64,000 nucleotides of DNA from Vitrella brassicaformis CCMP3155 (Eukaryota > Protista > Chromerida), in assembly GCA_001179505.1 (NCBI GenBank), contig CDMY01000305.1, positions 248,001-312,000 of the forward strand, given 5' to 3'. The notes below the pieces were generated by a model, which was given only the letters and a program-made list of their open reading frames with translations, was not told the origin of the DNA and searched no databases. This document shows positions 34,946-48,635 of the stretch, piece by piece; within the stretch, counting starts at the first letter, position 1; every line of letters begins with the position of its first letter. A program made the translations under genes and the position numbers.

Positions 34946-36970
34946 ATGGTGCCAACCACGCCTTTATTCGGCCTCCTTGCTGGCTTTTTGTCTGTCACTC
35001 ACGTCAACGCTTTCACCAGTGCCCATTCTCTGCTGAGAAAGTCTGCACCGCGATGGCAGGCATCCATCCATGAAGCCGTCAGATCCACGCGGCCGGAGTC
35101 AGTGCAGCGCCCCACAGACCGGCCTCCACGGCGCAGAAGGGAGCACAGAGGGCGGAATGACGTCTACCTGCAAGACGATTCATCATTGGTGGACATGCAG
35201 ACGGCAGCCGCAACCGAGGCAGATGAGGACGGTGATGAGGCCATTGAGGTGTCAGAGGAGGTGTCAACGAGCTGGTCGGATGCCGCTTCATCCTCGAGTG
35301 ACGATGAGCTGTTCTTCAGCCGGAAGCAGTTTGCCGACATCGGTGCCAGCGACGAGATGATTGAAGCCATGAGCATCGCAGGGGCCAAACGGCCGTCTAA
35401 AATACAGGCAAGGAGTGTCCCCCTAATCGCGTCGCGTGCATGCGACGCATTCTCTTCATGTGCTTGTGTGTGTGCATCACCATCAGGCCTTGTCCTACAG
35501 GACGGTGCTGTCAGGCAAGAACTGCGTTGTGGCGGATCAGACGGGCAGCGGCAAGACGCTGGCGTACCTGGCGCCCCTGCTGCAGAGGCTGAGAGACGAA
35601 GAGAGGGCGGGCAAGCCGAGAGCACTACCAGGTGAGAGGTGCGTGCGTCACACTCCACTCACCAATCGGATCGGCGGAGAGGTGACAATCTGTCTTTTGG
35701 CATGGCACCCCTGTGTGACGTGACTGAGTGCAGGCAGCCCGCGTGTCGTGGTCCTGGCCCCGACAACCGAGCTGGCGTCACAGGTGTCCCGCGTGCTCAA
35801 AAAGCTGACAGCGGTCGCACCCGTCAGAACGGCGTGTGTCACTGGTCGGTCAGCAGACACGGAGAGAGTGAGGGCCTATGCATTGCCTTTGCCTCTCTGT
35901 CTATCTGTCTGTCTGTCTGTCTGTGTGTGTGCCAGGTGGTTACAATGCGCGCGATCAGATGCGCATGGTGGAGAGGTCTGGCGTAGACATACTCGTGGCC
36001 ACGCCAGGCAGGCTCAGGAGCATGCTGCAGATGGGCAAGCTCAACCTCCACCAGCTCAGCGCCCTGGTGCTCGACGAGGTGGATGTCCTCTTCCTCGACG
36101 ACACCTTCCTGCTGCAGCCCATCGGCGAGGCCACCGCCCCCTCCACCCAGTTCGTCTTCGTCACGGCGACCATACCCACATCGGTGTTTGCCCAGATCAA
36201 GCAGGAGTTCCCGGACCTCAGGCGCATCATGGGCCCGGGCCTGCACCGCATTGCCCCCGGGGTGGAGGAGGTGCTCGTCGACTGCTCGGGGCCGAAGGAT
36301 GAGGCCAAGAATGAGTTCACGGCCTTTGAGAGGAAGCGGAAAGCGCTGGCGGGGCAGCTGGACAAGGTGGTGGTGCCGCGGACACTCATCTTCTGCAACT
36401 CCATCGAGAACTGCCGGAGGGTGGAAAACGCCCTGAGGCGGCTGGACCGGGGCCGCAAGAGGTTCCAGGTGCTGCCCTACCACTCGGGCATCGACAATGA
36501 GCGGCGCCGCGAGATATTCAACGCCTTCACACGGGAAAACTTCCTTATCCCAATGGTCGCTCAGACTCTCAGGCCACCCAGCCAGCCACCCGATGGACGT
36601 TAGGGTGTGTGTGTGTTTGATGAATGGATCAGGTGTTGGTGTCGACAGACCAGGCGTCGCGGGGAGTGGACTTCGACCAGGTGGAGGTCGGCCATGTCAT
36701 CTTGTTTGACTTCCCGCGCGACCCCAGTGAGTATGTTCGACGGGTGGGCAGGACGGCACGGGCAGGACGGTGAGTGAGCATCCACCACACACACACACAT
36801 ATACACACATCCAAACACAGATGGGTGTGTGCGTGTGTGTGTGTCCTATCACTCATTCAATCAGGGCGGGCCGTGTGACGTCTCTCGTGTTGGGCCGCCA
36901 GGTGTCGTTGGCACGGGAGCTGATGGAGGTCAACAGGCGGGGCGAGAGGATACATGACGTGCCGAAATGA
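34946..36970 (+). CDS. DEAD-box RNA helicase (plant RH50-like, DEVD variant) with probable bipartite plastid-targeting leader; multi-exon
   Basis: Q motif [54 protein letters not shown]-like exon and [10 protein letters not shown]. Leader [23 protein letters not shown] followed by an S/R-rich region. Confidence 0.88.
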
Positions 36971-37638
36971 ATAGCCGAGTGACTGAGGGAGGGAGGGAGG
37001 CATGATAGCTGAACTGCGTTGTGATGCGCTGCGCTTTTTCTGTTTGCCTTAAATGTCTTATACCGTCAGTCAATCGACACACACACACACCGTTGTCTCG
37101 ATGCATCAAGCGACCGACCGACCCGCCGACTGACCGAATTCTCAAAACCATCCATCGACGATAAAATGCAAACCCATCCATCCATCCATCAAACCATCCA
37201 TCGAACTATCAAACCATCCATCTCGTCACATAAGATACAGACAATCTTACAAAGATTAGATAGGTACATCGACACGTGTTGGTTGACCATCTGTCTGTCG
37301 GTCGGCGAGAGCAGTGAAGGGCGCGTCCAACACAACAGAGAGAGGAGGGAGGCGGGAGGCGATGCTTCTGCCGGTCCTGTCCGTCCTGCTTGTCACGAAC
37401 GAATGAACTCGCCACCGCTCAGGTCAGGTCAACAGACGACACCTTGACTTGACACCTCTCTCCTCTCCATAGTCCCTCACACACCATCCATCAAATGAGG
37501 ATGTTCCAGCCGTGCACCCGCGTCCACCTGCCCACCCACCTGATGGATGAACAGATCATCGCAAACACAACAACACCAACACGACACATGCCGTTCTGTC
37601 TCTTCCGACGGCTCGTTCGCTCCACTTGGCTGGCTCCC

Positions 37639-40600
37639 TCACTTGGCGACGATGCCGATGACGGTGGCGAGCAGCCAGGTGCCCCCGATGTCCAGCAAGA
37701 CCAACAGGGTCATCAAGTGGCGAAACTGACACACACGCCATTTGAAATGCGCCCATACACAGAGAGACAGAGGGAGGGAGAATACACCCATTCACGCAGT
37801 TAACCAATGGGTGTGTGGGTTTGTTGTGGGGCGGTCACCCCACCTACCTGTGCTGTCGGGAACTTGACAAGGCTGAAGAGCTCGTTGAGGTCGGGCACTG
37901 TCTCGGTGACCAGGATGCCCAGCACCCCGATGAAGATGCCCACGCCGTAGAGCATCAGCTTGTTGTCGAAGAAAGGCAGCATGAACGGCGCACCCTACAC
38001 CACACACACGTCCACGACACACAGATAGCACCCTTCTATCTATCCACAGAGAGAACCTCTCTCTGTGTGTGCGAGGCAAGTGGCTCCCTCCCGCCACACC
38101 AGACGGACGCACCTCATAGTTAGCGAGGAATGAGGAGACGTGCATTGAGGCGATGAGGAAGAAGACCACCGTGTTGGTCAGGTTGGGCGAGAACTCGCCC
38201 TCCAGGTCAGGCTTGTAGTCACTGCAGCACAACACCAACACCACAAACAATGGCCCTTTCCCCCTCTCCAAGGCCTGTCTTGTGTGTGCACTGTGTGTGG
38301 CTGGGTACATGGGTCTGAGTTCGCTGGCGGTCTTCCACCCCCATATGAGTGTGGTGAAGTGGATGGCGGCCTGCCCCACGATCGACAGCAGCACCGAGGG
38401 CGCAAACACCGACGACACGGGACGCTCGGGCGACAGCTTCTTGGACGGCTGCACACATCCATCCATCCATCCACACACACACACACACATGCCGGCCCGC
38501 CCCATTTGTTCATTTCTCTCCCTCACCGTCGCCTTAGATATGAAGAAGAAGAGGAACGACACGTAGAGGTTCTCGATGGTCGCTTGCCTGCCACACACAC
38601 ATTCACGACACAGAGGCTCTGTTTGTGTGTGTGTTGGGAGGGGGGAGGGGGGTACTGACGCGTCGCCCAGCTTGACGCCGTCGAGGGTGAGGACCGACAG
38701 CCCGAACGCCGTGATGAGCGAGTTGAGTGCCAGGATCTTGTACAGCTGCACAACCGCCGCCAACGTCGCACGACCCCCACGCAATATCACCGTCACTGCA
38801 CAACAACAACACATCCCCCACACACACATTGGTCGAAAGACGGTTGTATCGAGCTGTCCACCCACACGCACCACATCTGATGTTGTCGCCCTTGTAAGTG
38901 AAAGGCGAAGCCGCCGAGGCATCGCCGAGCCTGACGATGGGCGGGCCGTCCCTCTCCTGTTCCTGTAGCTGCTGCAGCAGCTTGGGCGGCAGCTTGTTGG
39001 GCGGCATCCTGTTGAAGGGCGGGGGCAGCGTCGCGGGGGGCGCCTTCGGACGGGCCACGATCACCGGCGAGCTCAGCAGCGACACACCGACGTGTGCGGC
39101 TTTGAGTGCGCCGACGTCATTGGTCCCGTCGCCACACATGAGGGTGATGCGGCCCATGGAGTTCAGGGAGACGATCACCTGCTCCTGCACAGACACACAT
39201 GGACACATCGCATCCACACATGAGTGCGTCCATCTGTGTCTGTCTGTCTGTTTGTCTGTGTGTGCGTGTGCATGCCTTTTGCTGCGGCGAGACGCGGGCA
39301 AAGACACACACGTGGGGGATCACCACGGAGGCGTCCTTGTCCTGAGGCGGCAAGATATACACCACACACACGCATACGGCGTCCTCCGCCACCCCTTGCC
39401 CACCCACCTTGAGCAGCCTGAGCATCGGCCCGGGCATGCACAAGTCGTATGTCCGCGCAAGCTGACGCACGCTCCGACCGCTGAAACACACACACACACA
39501 CACCCCATGCAGGACACACAGACATCCCTCCTTCCTATTCAGTCAGCTCCGTCCCCTACTCGAGCAGCAGGGGCATCTTGACGGTCCCATCCCGGCTCCG
39601 CCACTCGAGCATGGCCTCGTTGTCCTGCCGCGGCCGCCCCACGGGCACAGACACGGCCGCATCGCCGTCGAGAGTCTCCGCACTGGAGGTCTTCATCCGG
39701 GCAGCAGCAGCAGCAGCCGTTGACTCGTCCGGACGGCCATTCAGCTCCTGCAATGGATCGACCAACCGACAGACAGACAGCAATTGGTGGGAGGGAGGCT
39801 CTGAGGGTATGTTGTGGTGTGTACCTTACTGACCTCTTTTGGCGAGAGGATGAGGACGGTTTTGTTGGCGATGTTGAGGTCGAGTGCGACTTGGCATGCC
39901 GTGAGGGGGTTGTCGCCGGTGATCATCATCAGCGAGTGGTACGACTTGCGCAGGTCCCCTATCGCCCGCTCCGTGTACCGCTTCACGGGACATCCCAACA
40001 CCAGAAAACCTGATTGACGCATTTTAGGTGACACACAAACAATGGTCTCTCTCTCTCTCTCTCTGTGCGCTGTGTGTGTGTGTTCCGACCGGCAAAGACA
40101 AGGCCTGATTCGATTGCCTTGCGGTCCATGTGTCGGTAGCCGCCTTCCACCTCGCTGCTGTCGATCCACTTGGCAGCCATGCACAGAATGCGATACCCTG
40201 ATGGGCAGACAGACGGGGTGGTCATCGAGTGTCTGTCTCTGCCTGCGTCCTTGTCTGTCTGACGTTACCCTGCATGGAGTAGGACTTGTGCAGCGTGTCG
40301 TAGTCGTGCGGCACCTTGCGCAGCATCCCACGCAACCGCTCGGCCGACCCCTTCACCAACACTGACACACACAGACACAGACACACCACAACCAACCAAG
40401 ATACACACCGAGATGGTGTGTGCCTTGTTGTCCCTACCGAGTAGCGCCTGTGTGTTGGGTTTTGGCTGGAGGTCGTCTTCTGCCGTGACCACTGCCTGTG
40501 AGGCGGTGCCTGACCAGCCCTCGAGGTTGCCCTCGTGTTTGGCCACCACCGTCATGCGCTGATTCTCAGACAGAAACGGCCACCTGCACACAGACAGACG

Positions 40601-43121
40601 GAGAGAGAGAGGGAAAGGCAGTGTGGTGGGTATCCACTCACTCCACCCATTCATTTCACTTACTCACCTGTGCACGATGGTGAGTCGGTCTTTCCTCTTG
40701 GATGTCACCACATCAACTGAGCCACACCACACCACACACCACCACACCCACACACCCAGACATACATCAATCACCAGACACACCCCTCCCTCCCTCCCTC
40801 CCTCCCCTGATACCACACGCACCAGAGTTCATGTGCCACTGGACACACGTGAGGGCGGCCTTCTCCATAGGGTCGCCCACCAGCTGCTCCTCCACAGTCG
40901 CCAGGCTCGTGCACCCAGCCATCACTGCAGTCGTCATGAACGGCAGACACTGCTCCAGCGGACCCTGGTGGTCATTCTCATCCTCCCCCTTGCCCCCTTG
41001 CCCTTGCCCTGATGCTGCTGACGGGGCCTTGGTCGATGCCGTCGAAGTCGACCTGGTGGTGGGGCGGGCGCGAGATGGGGGCAGTGGGGGAGGGCGGGCC
41101 GATCTGACTGCAGGAGGAGACACACACACAAATGGAAGCGTGGATATGGTTAGTTCCTGTCTTACCAGTTTCGTCATGTCCGGCCCCGGCCCTGTCCATG
41201 AGCTGCCCGTCGGACGCACGCCGCCTCCTCCTCACGCCATTGGTCGTCGCAGCGCTCTCTTCGCCATCGTCGCGGTCGTCGTCCTCACCGCCACCACCCT
41301 CTCTCCCTGTCGGTGCTGTCGGCTTCTGGGTGCTGGCGGAGGTCTTGTTGGATGTCTGGGGTGGTTTGTCGGGTGGATGTGGTTTGAATTTGGGGTTGGA
41401 CAGGCCGTAGACGCCGTCGACGTGCATCTTGTCTGACGTCAGAGTGCCCGTCTTGTCGAACGCACAGACGTCCACCTTGCCTGCGGACACACACACACAC
41501 CACAACAGAGAGAGGTCCCTTACTGGGTGAGTGTGTGTGTGTTGGATGGCCCGCTGACCAGCGAATGGGACTCTGAATGGCTCTGTGCAGTAGATTTGTC
41601 GCTGCACGAAGGCCACGAGGGAGAGCGTCACGGCCAGCGAGAGGGTGATCTGACACACATGACACACGACACAACACACCATTCATTCATCGGTGCACAC
41701 GCAACGCGCTGGTGTCTCTGCACATACGTGCCCAGCTCACTCACTCCCTCACCGGGAATTCTGGCGGCACGACAGAGGTGATGATGTGCGAACAGGACAA
41801 AAAGAGCTTGAACCTTCACACACACCACACACCACACACAGGACCATACACACAAGAGCCTCCACCCATTGATGGGATGGATGTGTCCCTGTGTGTGTGT
41901 GTGTGTGTGTGTGGTGCTCACCTGCCCCTGTCTCCCTCCTCCAGCCCCTTGACGAGCACATAGCCGGCCGCCGCCACGGCACACACGAGCAAAATCAGCA
42001 GGAACATGATCGCCTCCAAACTCGCTAGCGTCACACGCTCGGACGAAAACAGTATCGTCCGAACCAACTTGCTGCCATCCAGACACACACACACACACAG
42101 ATGGATGGTGTGGTGGGTGATGGCGTTGGTGTTGGTGTGGGTGTGTGGTGCCGATGGTTGACGGACGGACCCTTGTGTGGTGTTGAATCCTGTGCGGAGG
42201 ACGTACGCCAGACAGGCGCCCCGGGGCATCTTCTTGCAGTAGGGCTCAGAACCCTGATGATATGGATGGATGGTGTTGTGTTGCGTTGTGTTGTGTTGTG
42301 TGTGCGTACCTTCTCTTCGTTCTTGTGCATGACGACCTTGGTGCCTGTCCGACAGCGAAACGAACGAGCCGTGCTGACCGATCGAACGCTGCTGTGTGTG
42401 TGTATACCGACCAGAGAAGAGCACAAACTGCTTGTGCCGGTGCTTGACGTCCAGCCGCTCCGACACCTACCGACAAGCAGAGCAGATGGACGAGGGGAGC
42501 GACTCGCCTTACGTGGCGAGTGCATGCCGGCGTGTGTACGGTACGCACCTGGTCGTCCTGGTCGTCAGGCTTCTCGATGGCGACCTTCATCTGCGGCACC
42601 GACTCGCCCGTCAGCATGGCCTCGTTCATCACAACAGTGCCTACACACACACACACACACACACATCCACACCAAGGGCGTGTGTGCGTGCGTCCTCAGC
42701 CAGCGAGCGGCGAGCTTGCCTTGCAGCAGGAGGGCGTCGCACGGACAGGTCGATGCATCGGGGTCCGACGAGCGACTGATGGCTATGATGTCGCCTGTGT
42801 GGGTCAATCAATGAATGCACACACACACACACACACACACAACACACAGCCCGACAAGCATGCACACGGGCCACCGGGGTCATTGTGCTGCTCGATCGCT
42901 CATCGACCCACCGGGCAGGAGATCGTCCGACTTGACCTTGACCCACTCGCCCTCTGCACACACACACACCCGCACGTTGTCTGGCTGCCGTATCCTTCTG
43001 TGCGTCCGTACGTCTGTATGCGTTGACATTGATCGACTTGAGCCGCATGCTCTTGAGCTCCTCCAAGTCCTTCCGACGCTGCACACACACACACCCACAC
43101 ACATGATAGGCGTGGTGCTCG

Positions 43122-43154
<33 letters not shown>

Positions 43155-45041
43155 GTGTGTGTGTGTGGGCGTACCCTATTGACGAGCTGCGCTTCCAGGA
43201 AGATGAGCATGACCAATGTCATCAGACTGTAGTACCTGAGAAGATGACCGACGGATGAGATGAAAGGAGTGACACAGACAGACAGACAGACACAGAGACG
43301 TCCACACACACTCTCCCTCTCNNNNNNNNNNNNNNNNNNNNNNNNNNNNNNNNNNNNNNNNNNNNNNNNNNNNNNNNNNNNNNNNNNNNNNNNNNNNNNN
43401 NNNNNNNNNNNNNNNNNNNNNNNNNNNNNNNNNNNNNNNNNNNNNNNNNNNNNNNNNNNNNNNNNNNNNNNNNNNNNNNNNNNNNNNNNNNNNNNNNNNN
43501 NNNNNNNNNNNNNNNNNNNNNNNNNNNNNNNNNNNNNNNNNNNNNNNNNNNNNNNNNNNNNNNNNNNNNNNNNNNNNNNNNNNNNNNNNNNNNNNNNNNN
43601 NNNNNNNNNNNNNNNNNNNNNCCCCCCTCCCTCCCTCCCTCCCTGACTGTACTGTCTGACCAGTATTCGTCCAGGAGCCACAGGACGACACAGACGAACT
43701 GGAAGACAAAGAAGGGCGCCACAATGTGCTCCTTGAACAGCTCCCAAAACTCGGGGATCGGGATGTCGTAGCTTGTGGCCACACACACACGTACACATGA
43801 AGAAGAACATACAGACGATACAAACATGTGCCTACGAATGCACGTGTGTGTATGAGGGTGCCCGTGTACTTGTTGATGCCGTATTTCCTCTGCAGCGGCT
43901 CCAGGCTGCCCGACAGCCCACTCGTCGTGAAGTAAGACTGATCCCCCCAACACACACACATCACACAGATGCAGTAGCCCATGCATGGCGTCTGTCGGTC
44001 GGCGTACGGTATGTCGGCACCCACCCATACCTACATACCGGTATGGCCATGTTGACAGGGAAGGCGATGGAGTGGAACTCGTGTGCGTCGGGGGTGTAGA
44101 ACAGGCGCTTCTTCTGATACAAGATCGACACGCCATCCTGATGAAAGGATGCACACACACAGACAGACAGGCCGAGTACACACGCTACGCCGCGGCTGTG
44201 CCAGGCGGCTTGTGTGTTGTGTGATGTGTACGTGTGAGTCTTCGATGGGGCAGAGCAGTGTCTTGTACATGGGCTTCGACGGACACACCTTGACGTGCGT
44301 CGCAGACTCAATGCGCCGCACCTGCACCGCACACACACACGCGCACCAACAGAATGATCCAGAGAGCGAGAGGAGTGCTCGTGGCGCATTCTCTCTCTGC
44401 TGCGGTTGTGTTGTGCTGGGCTCGTTCACCTTTCTGAATGCGATGAGGGCGTTGGCGTGGACCGACCAGTGTGTGGAGAGGTGGGTGAGGGCATGCAGCA
44501 GTATGGCCACCAGTAGGCAGATCTCCTGCACTATCGTCTGGCTCAAATCGCCGACCCCGCCACCGCTCTCCCTCCCGCTCTCAGTGGCATTCTGCCCACC
44601 ACCAGCTGCCGCCGCTGAAGTGTCATTGCTCTCTCGTCCGAGTAATCTTCCTCCTTCTTGTTGTGGCATTTTCTCCGTTGCGGCTGCTGCTGCGTCTGCC
44701 GTGAGTGGCTGCTCGTCTGTGAGGTTGGCTGTGGTGGCATTGGCGAGGGTGTCAGCGGCAGCTGTAGAAGAGACCACCACAGGCGATGGCGGCAGCCTCT
44801 CGAGTGAATATAGCTACGCAATGACACACACAGACGACAGACAACAGACGCATCGAGCTGCATGGAGGCCCTCTGTGTGTCAAGCTTGACGTATGTATCT
44901 TGGCGTGTTGTCTACCAGCCATGCGCCGAGGCAGGCGTAGAGGAATATGAATGGCCACACGTCGAGCCGCCTCAGCGGGCTGCGGATCTTGCGGTACAAG
45001 ACAAATCGCTTCGGACTCTTCTTCTTGCCGCCCTCCGTCAT
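37639..45041 (-). CDS. ATP13A1: P5A-type ATPase (ATP13A1/Spf1 transmembrane-helix dislocase family); many exons, spans an N gap
   Basis: [118 protein letters not shown] and PERP. Confidence 0.93.
43322..43621. other. Assembly gap (300 N) inside a P5A ATPase intron
   Basis: Run of N flanked by pyrimidine-rich (CT/CCCT) microsatellites. Confidence 0.95.
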
Positions 45042-45230
45042 GACGACTGACGCGGAGCGCTGCACTCCCGAGTCCTCTGACTCACTCACGCAAAATCAGA
45101 GATGCCCCGATGAGACGGCATCCATCTCAACAGATCAGGGGAAGGCCCCTCAACACGCGGGAGATTCGTGAGGCCAAAGGGAGGTCCCCAAGCTAAGCTC
45201 GCAGGCGAGCTTTCAAGATGCCAACAGGCG

Positions 45231-46660
45231 ATGGATGTTGAGGAGCTCTTTCGTTCGCGCAGCCTCTCCGGGCGCCGTCTGGGGCGCATCCTCCGCTACA
45301 TCAGCGAGCGGCCTCACCTGGCAGACACAGCCCGACTGACTCACCTGCTGCAATCCTGGACTTCTGCAATCAACACAGAAGGTGCCGCTGCGGCAGCAAC
45401 AACATTCTGCACCGACGATGCTGCTCAGCTCTTCGGCTGCCTGCCATCGCTAATGGAGCTGGAATCGGACGAGCTATGCGTTCGGCTGGCCAACCTGAGG
45501 ACACAACTGTCGGCTGCTCGTCACTACTCGCTGCACCGCCTTCTGCGAGAGGTGCCGTCTGCGATGGGTCTGAGTGGCAACACGTCGGCGTGGCGGCTGT
45601 ACGGGCATGTCGTGCAGCACAGAATGGCGCCCTTGATGCAGGAGCTGCTGGACCATCCTGTCTATAAGAGCGACCCTCATGGCGCCAAGGAGAGGGCCAT
45701 CCGCCTCATGCACAAGATGAAGCAGGCCTCGCAACGGAAAGAGGTGCCAAACGAACGGAGGCCCTCAGACGGAGGGACCTTTTCCCACCACGTATGTGTG
45801 TGTGTGTGTGCAGGACTTCGCCGATCTGTCGACCCTTTATGGCTACACGGCCCTCAAGTTCACTGAGAGGAGCCTCCTGGTGTTTCAGACCCTCCGCACG
45901 GCCCTCTCCCTCTCTCTGCCCATGCCCCTCCCACCGCCCGCCTCTTCTGATCATCCGGCTGGTGACAACCATGCCGCGCCTGTACTCCTGGTGGTGTCGA
46001 TCGGCGGCGGGCCAGGGAATGACGTGTACGGCTTCATTCTCTTCTGGGAGCTAATGATCGGCCAACCGCCACCGTCTTCCAATGGCTGTGTGTCACTGTA
46101 CGTGTTCGATCTGGTGGAGGAGTGGCGGGCGATTGTTGACCGTGTGGCTGAAGTGAGCGGCTGGCAGATTCTCTTCGGCTTGTGTGACGTGTGTGAGGCG
46201 TTGCTTGGGGGGACTGAAGAGCCGTGTGTGAATAGGGAGCTGAGGGAGGTGTGCGAATCGGCGACGGGGCCGTCCCTCTTCCTCTTCAGGTGCACCTCGT
46301 CTGTGCCACCAGGCAATCGCACCACACCACATGCCTGGCTGGCTGATGCGTGCTGTGTGTGTGTGTATGTGTGTTTGTATGTGTGTCAGTTTCGTGTTGT
46401 TCGAGAGCCAGTCGTGGCGCACCTTCCTGTCGCAGCTGTGGGACACTGCACCGGGCGGCTCGCTCTTCTACTTTGCCGACGGGTCACAGCAGGAGATGAG
46501 GAAGATCGTGGAGGTACGCGCGCTCGCCCGTGCGCACTGACACACAGGCCCCGACACGTTGGTCTCTCTGTCTGTATGTGTCTGTCAGGCGTTTCCTGAG
46601 TGCGTCGAGGGTGAGTCCATGTGGCGGGTCCACCAGGCCCTGCTCGTTGTGAAGAGATGA
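45231..46660 (+). CDS. Putative class I SAM-dependent methyltransferase-like protein; multi-exon
   Basis: Motif-I-like VVSIGGGPGND, downstream acidic strand LYVFDLVEEW, then FGLCDV, FLF|SFVLFE and FYFADGS; stop TGA at 46658-46660. Confidence 0.55.
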
Positions 46661-47001
46661 TTGCTGAGCCGCGCAATCGGCAGCCAGGCAGACTGGCAGT
46701 CGTGTGTCGTGGGTGGTTTCTGTGGCAGGGGACTGTGCATAGGATGCCTTCTGTGAACAAACTGCATGCGGCCAGCAGTGTCCAACCCTACACACGCTCC
46801 ATCTCGGTGTCCAAAAACCATGCCAAACACAGGGGAGCGACTCCCACCGTAAACACAACTTTCCTCGAGTGCCTGATTTTCCTTTTGGGCCCTTCGAGGG
46901 CGTGATATATGCCCCTCCTTGACCATGTATGCAGCCTGAGGGACACGGGAGACCTCCCCGCCCACCCCCGGCCGCCAGGAGGCCTCAGCACCCTAACATA
47001 G

Positions 47002-48635
47002 ATGCTACGCCCTTCTCCGTGCTCCATCTACCCTCACTGCAGTGCCCATACGGTCAGGCATGTCAACGTGGCGCCGGTGGCCGAGGCGCTGCCCACTAAG
47101 TTCCGCGAGGGCGTCACTTTGGGCGCGGGAACGTACGGCACGGTGCGCATCGCAACGGAGCTCAGCACCGGCAAGAAGGTCGCTTTGAAGACCATACAGC
47201 TCGAAGACGATGAGGGCAAGCAAAACGGGGTGCGCTGGGAGGGATATCTGTCCATCTGTGCGTTGCATGCATCGCATCTGTGGCTGTGTGGCTGTGTGGA
47301 TGTGTGTGTGCCCTGACCTGCAGGTGACGAACACGGCGATTCGCGAGTTGATATTGCTGCGGGCGCTGCGTCATCCGAATATCGTGCGTTGCACTGAGTT
47401 GGAGGCCGACGCCAAGGAGCTGCGGATGGTGCTCGAGTACTGCAACAGGGGGGACCTGCGGAGGGAGATCAAGAAGCCCGGCAACCTCACCATCACAGCC
47501 ATCAAGAAATACGCAAGGCAGGTCCTCTCGGCACTGGCATACATGTACGCAGCGCATGAAGGGCGCACGGGATGGGCGGGGGGCTGGGTGGGCGGATGGG
47601 GAGAGAGATGGCGGATGGTGGATGGATGGATGTGTGGATGTGTGTGTCATGTGTGTCAGGCACATGAACTACATCGTTCACCGTGATCTGAAGCCACAGA
47701 ACCTACTCCTCGACTCCAGCGGGGACCTCAAGGCAACAACACAACACAGACAGGACACATCACATCGCATCAGCCACACACTTTACTTACTTTCCTTTGC
47801 CCATTCATTCTGCCTCTGTCTGTTGTCTTTCGTTTCTTTGTTTGGCTGCCCTGCAGGTAGGTGATTTCGGGTTAGCGCGTTGCCACGTGTCGCCGAGCCA
47901 CCCCGGCACACACGACGTGGTGTCGCTCTGGTACCGTGCGCCCGAGCTGCTGCTCAGGGGCGCGCCGTCATTCGCTATCGACGTCTGGGCGGTGGGGTGT
48001 GTGGTGGCCGAGATGTGCGTCAAACAACCCATATTCCCAGGCGACTCTGAGATACACACGTGAGGAGTGCATGGAATGGGTGGATGGATGGGTGGGGGGA
48101 GGGGGAAAGAGTCACGTGTGCGTGCGTGCGTGTGTGTGTGTGTGCGTGTGCAGGTTGTATAAGATCTTCGAGCTCTTGGGCACCCCGACCAACGCCACAT
48201 GGCCGGGCGTCGAGAGTTTCAACGAATATAAGGTAAACGGTCAGTCGGCACCTTCACACCCCCTCTTAAATCAACACACATACATGGATGGATGGATGGA
48301 TGGATGTCTCTCTCTGTGTTGTTAGGATGAGTTTCCCCAGTGGCGGCGTCCCGACGTGCGTGCGCACCTGCGGAACGGACTGTTCGCCGACACGCCACTC
48401 AAACACGACTCGCAGGGGGTCGACCTAATCGTTAGGTACACCTGTGTGTGTATGTGTGTGGGCGAATGGGGCGGCACACGCACCTGTACACCTTTCTGTC
48501 TGTGTGGTGCGGATGGTCAGGTTGCTGACGTTGTGTCCGGAGCATCGCATCACGGCCATCGAGGCCCTCTCGCACCCCTGGCTCAAAGACGACTCCAACC
48601 CGACGCCGCTCACTACCACCCTCAAGAAGAAATGA
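47002..48635 (+). CDS. Cyclin-dependent kinase (CDK1/2-related, TNTAIRE variant); multi-exon; start uncertain
   Basis: LGAGTYG, VALK, GVTNTAIRE, HRDLKPQN, DFGLAR, THDVVSLWYRAPELL, DVWAVGC, FPGDSE, LGTP...WPGV and RITAIEALSHPW. Confidence 0.92.
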
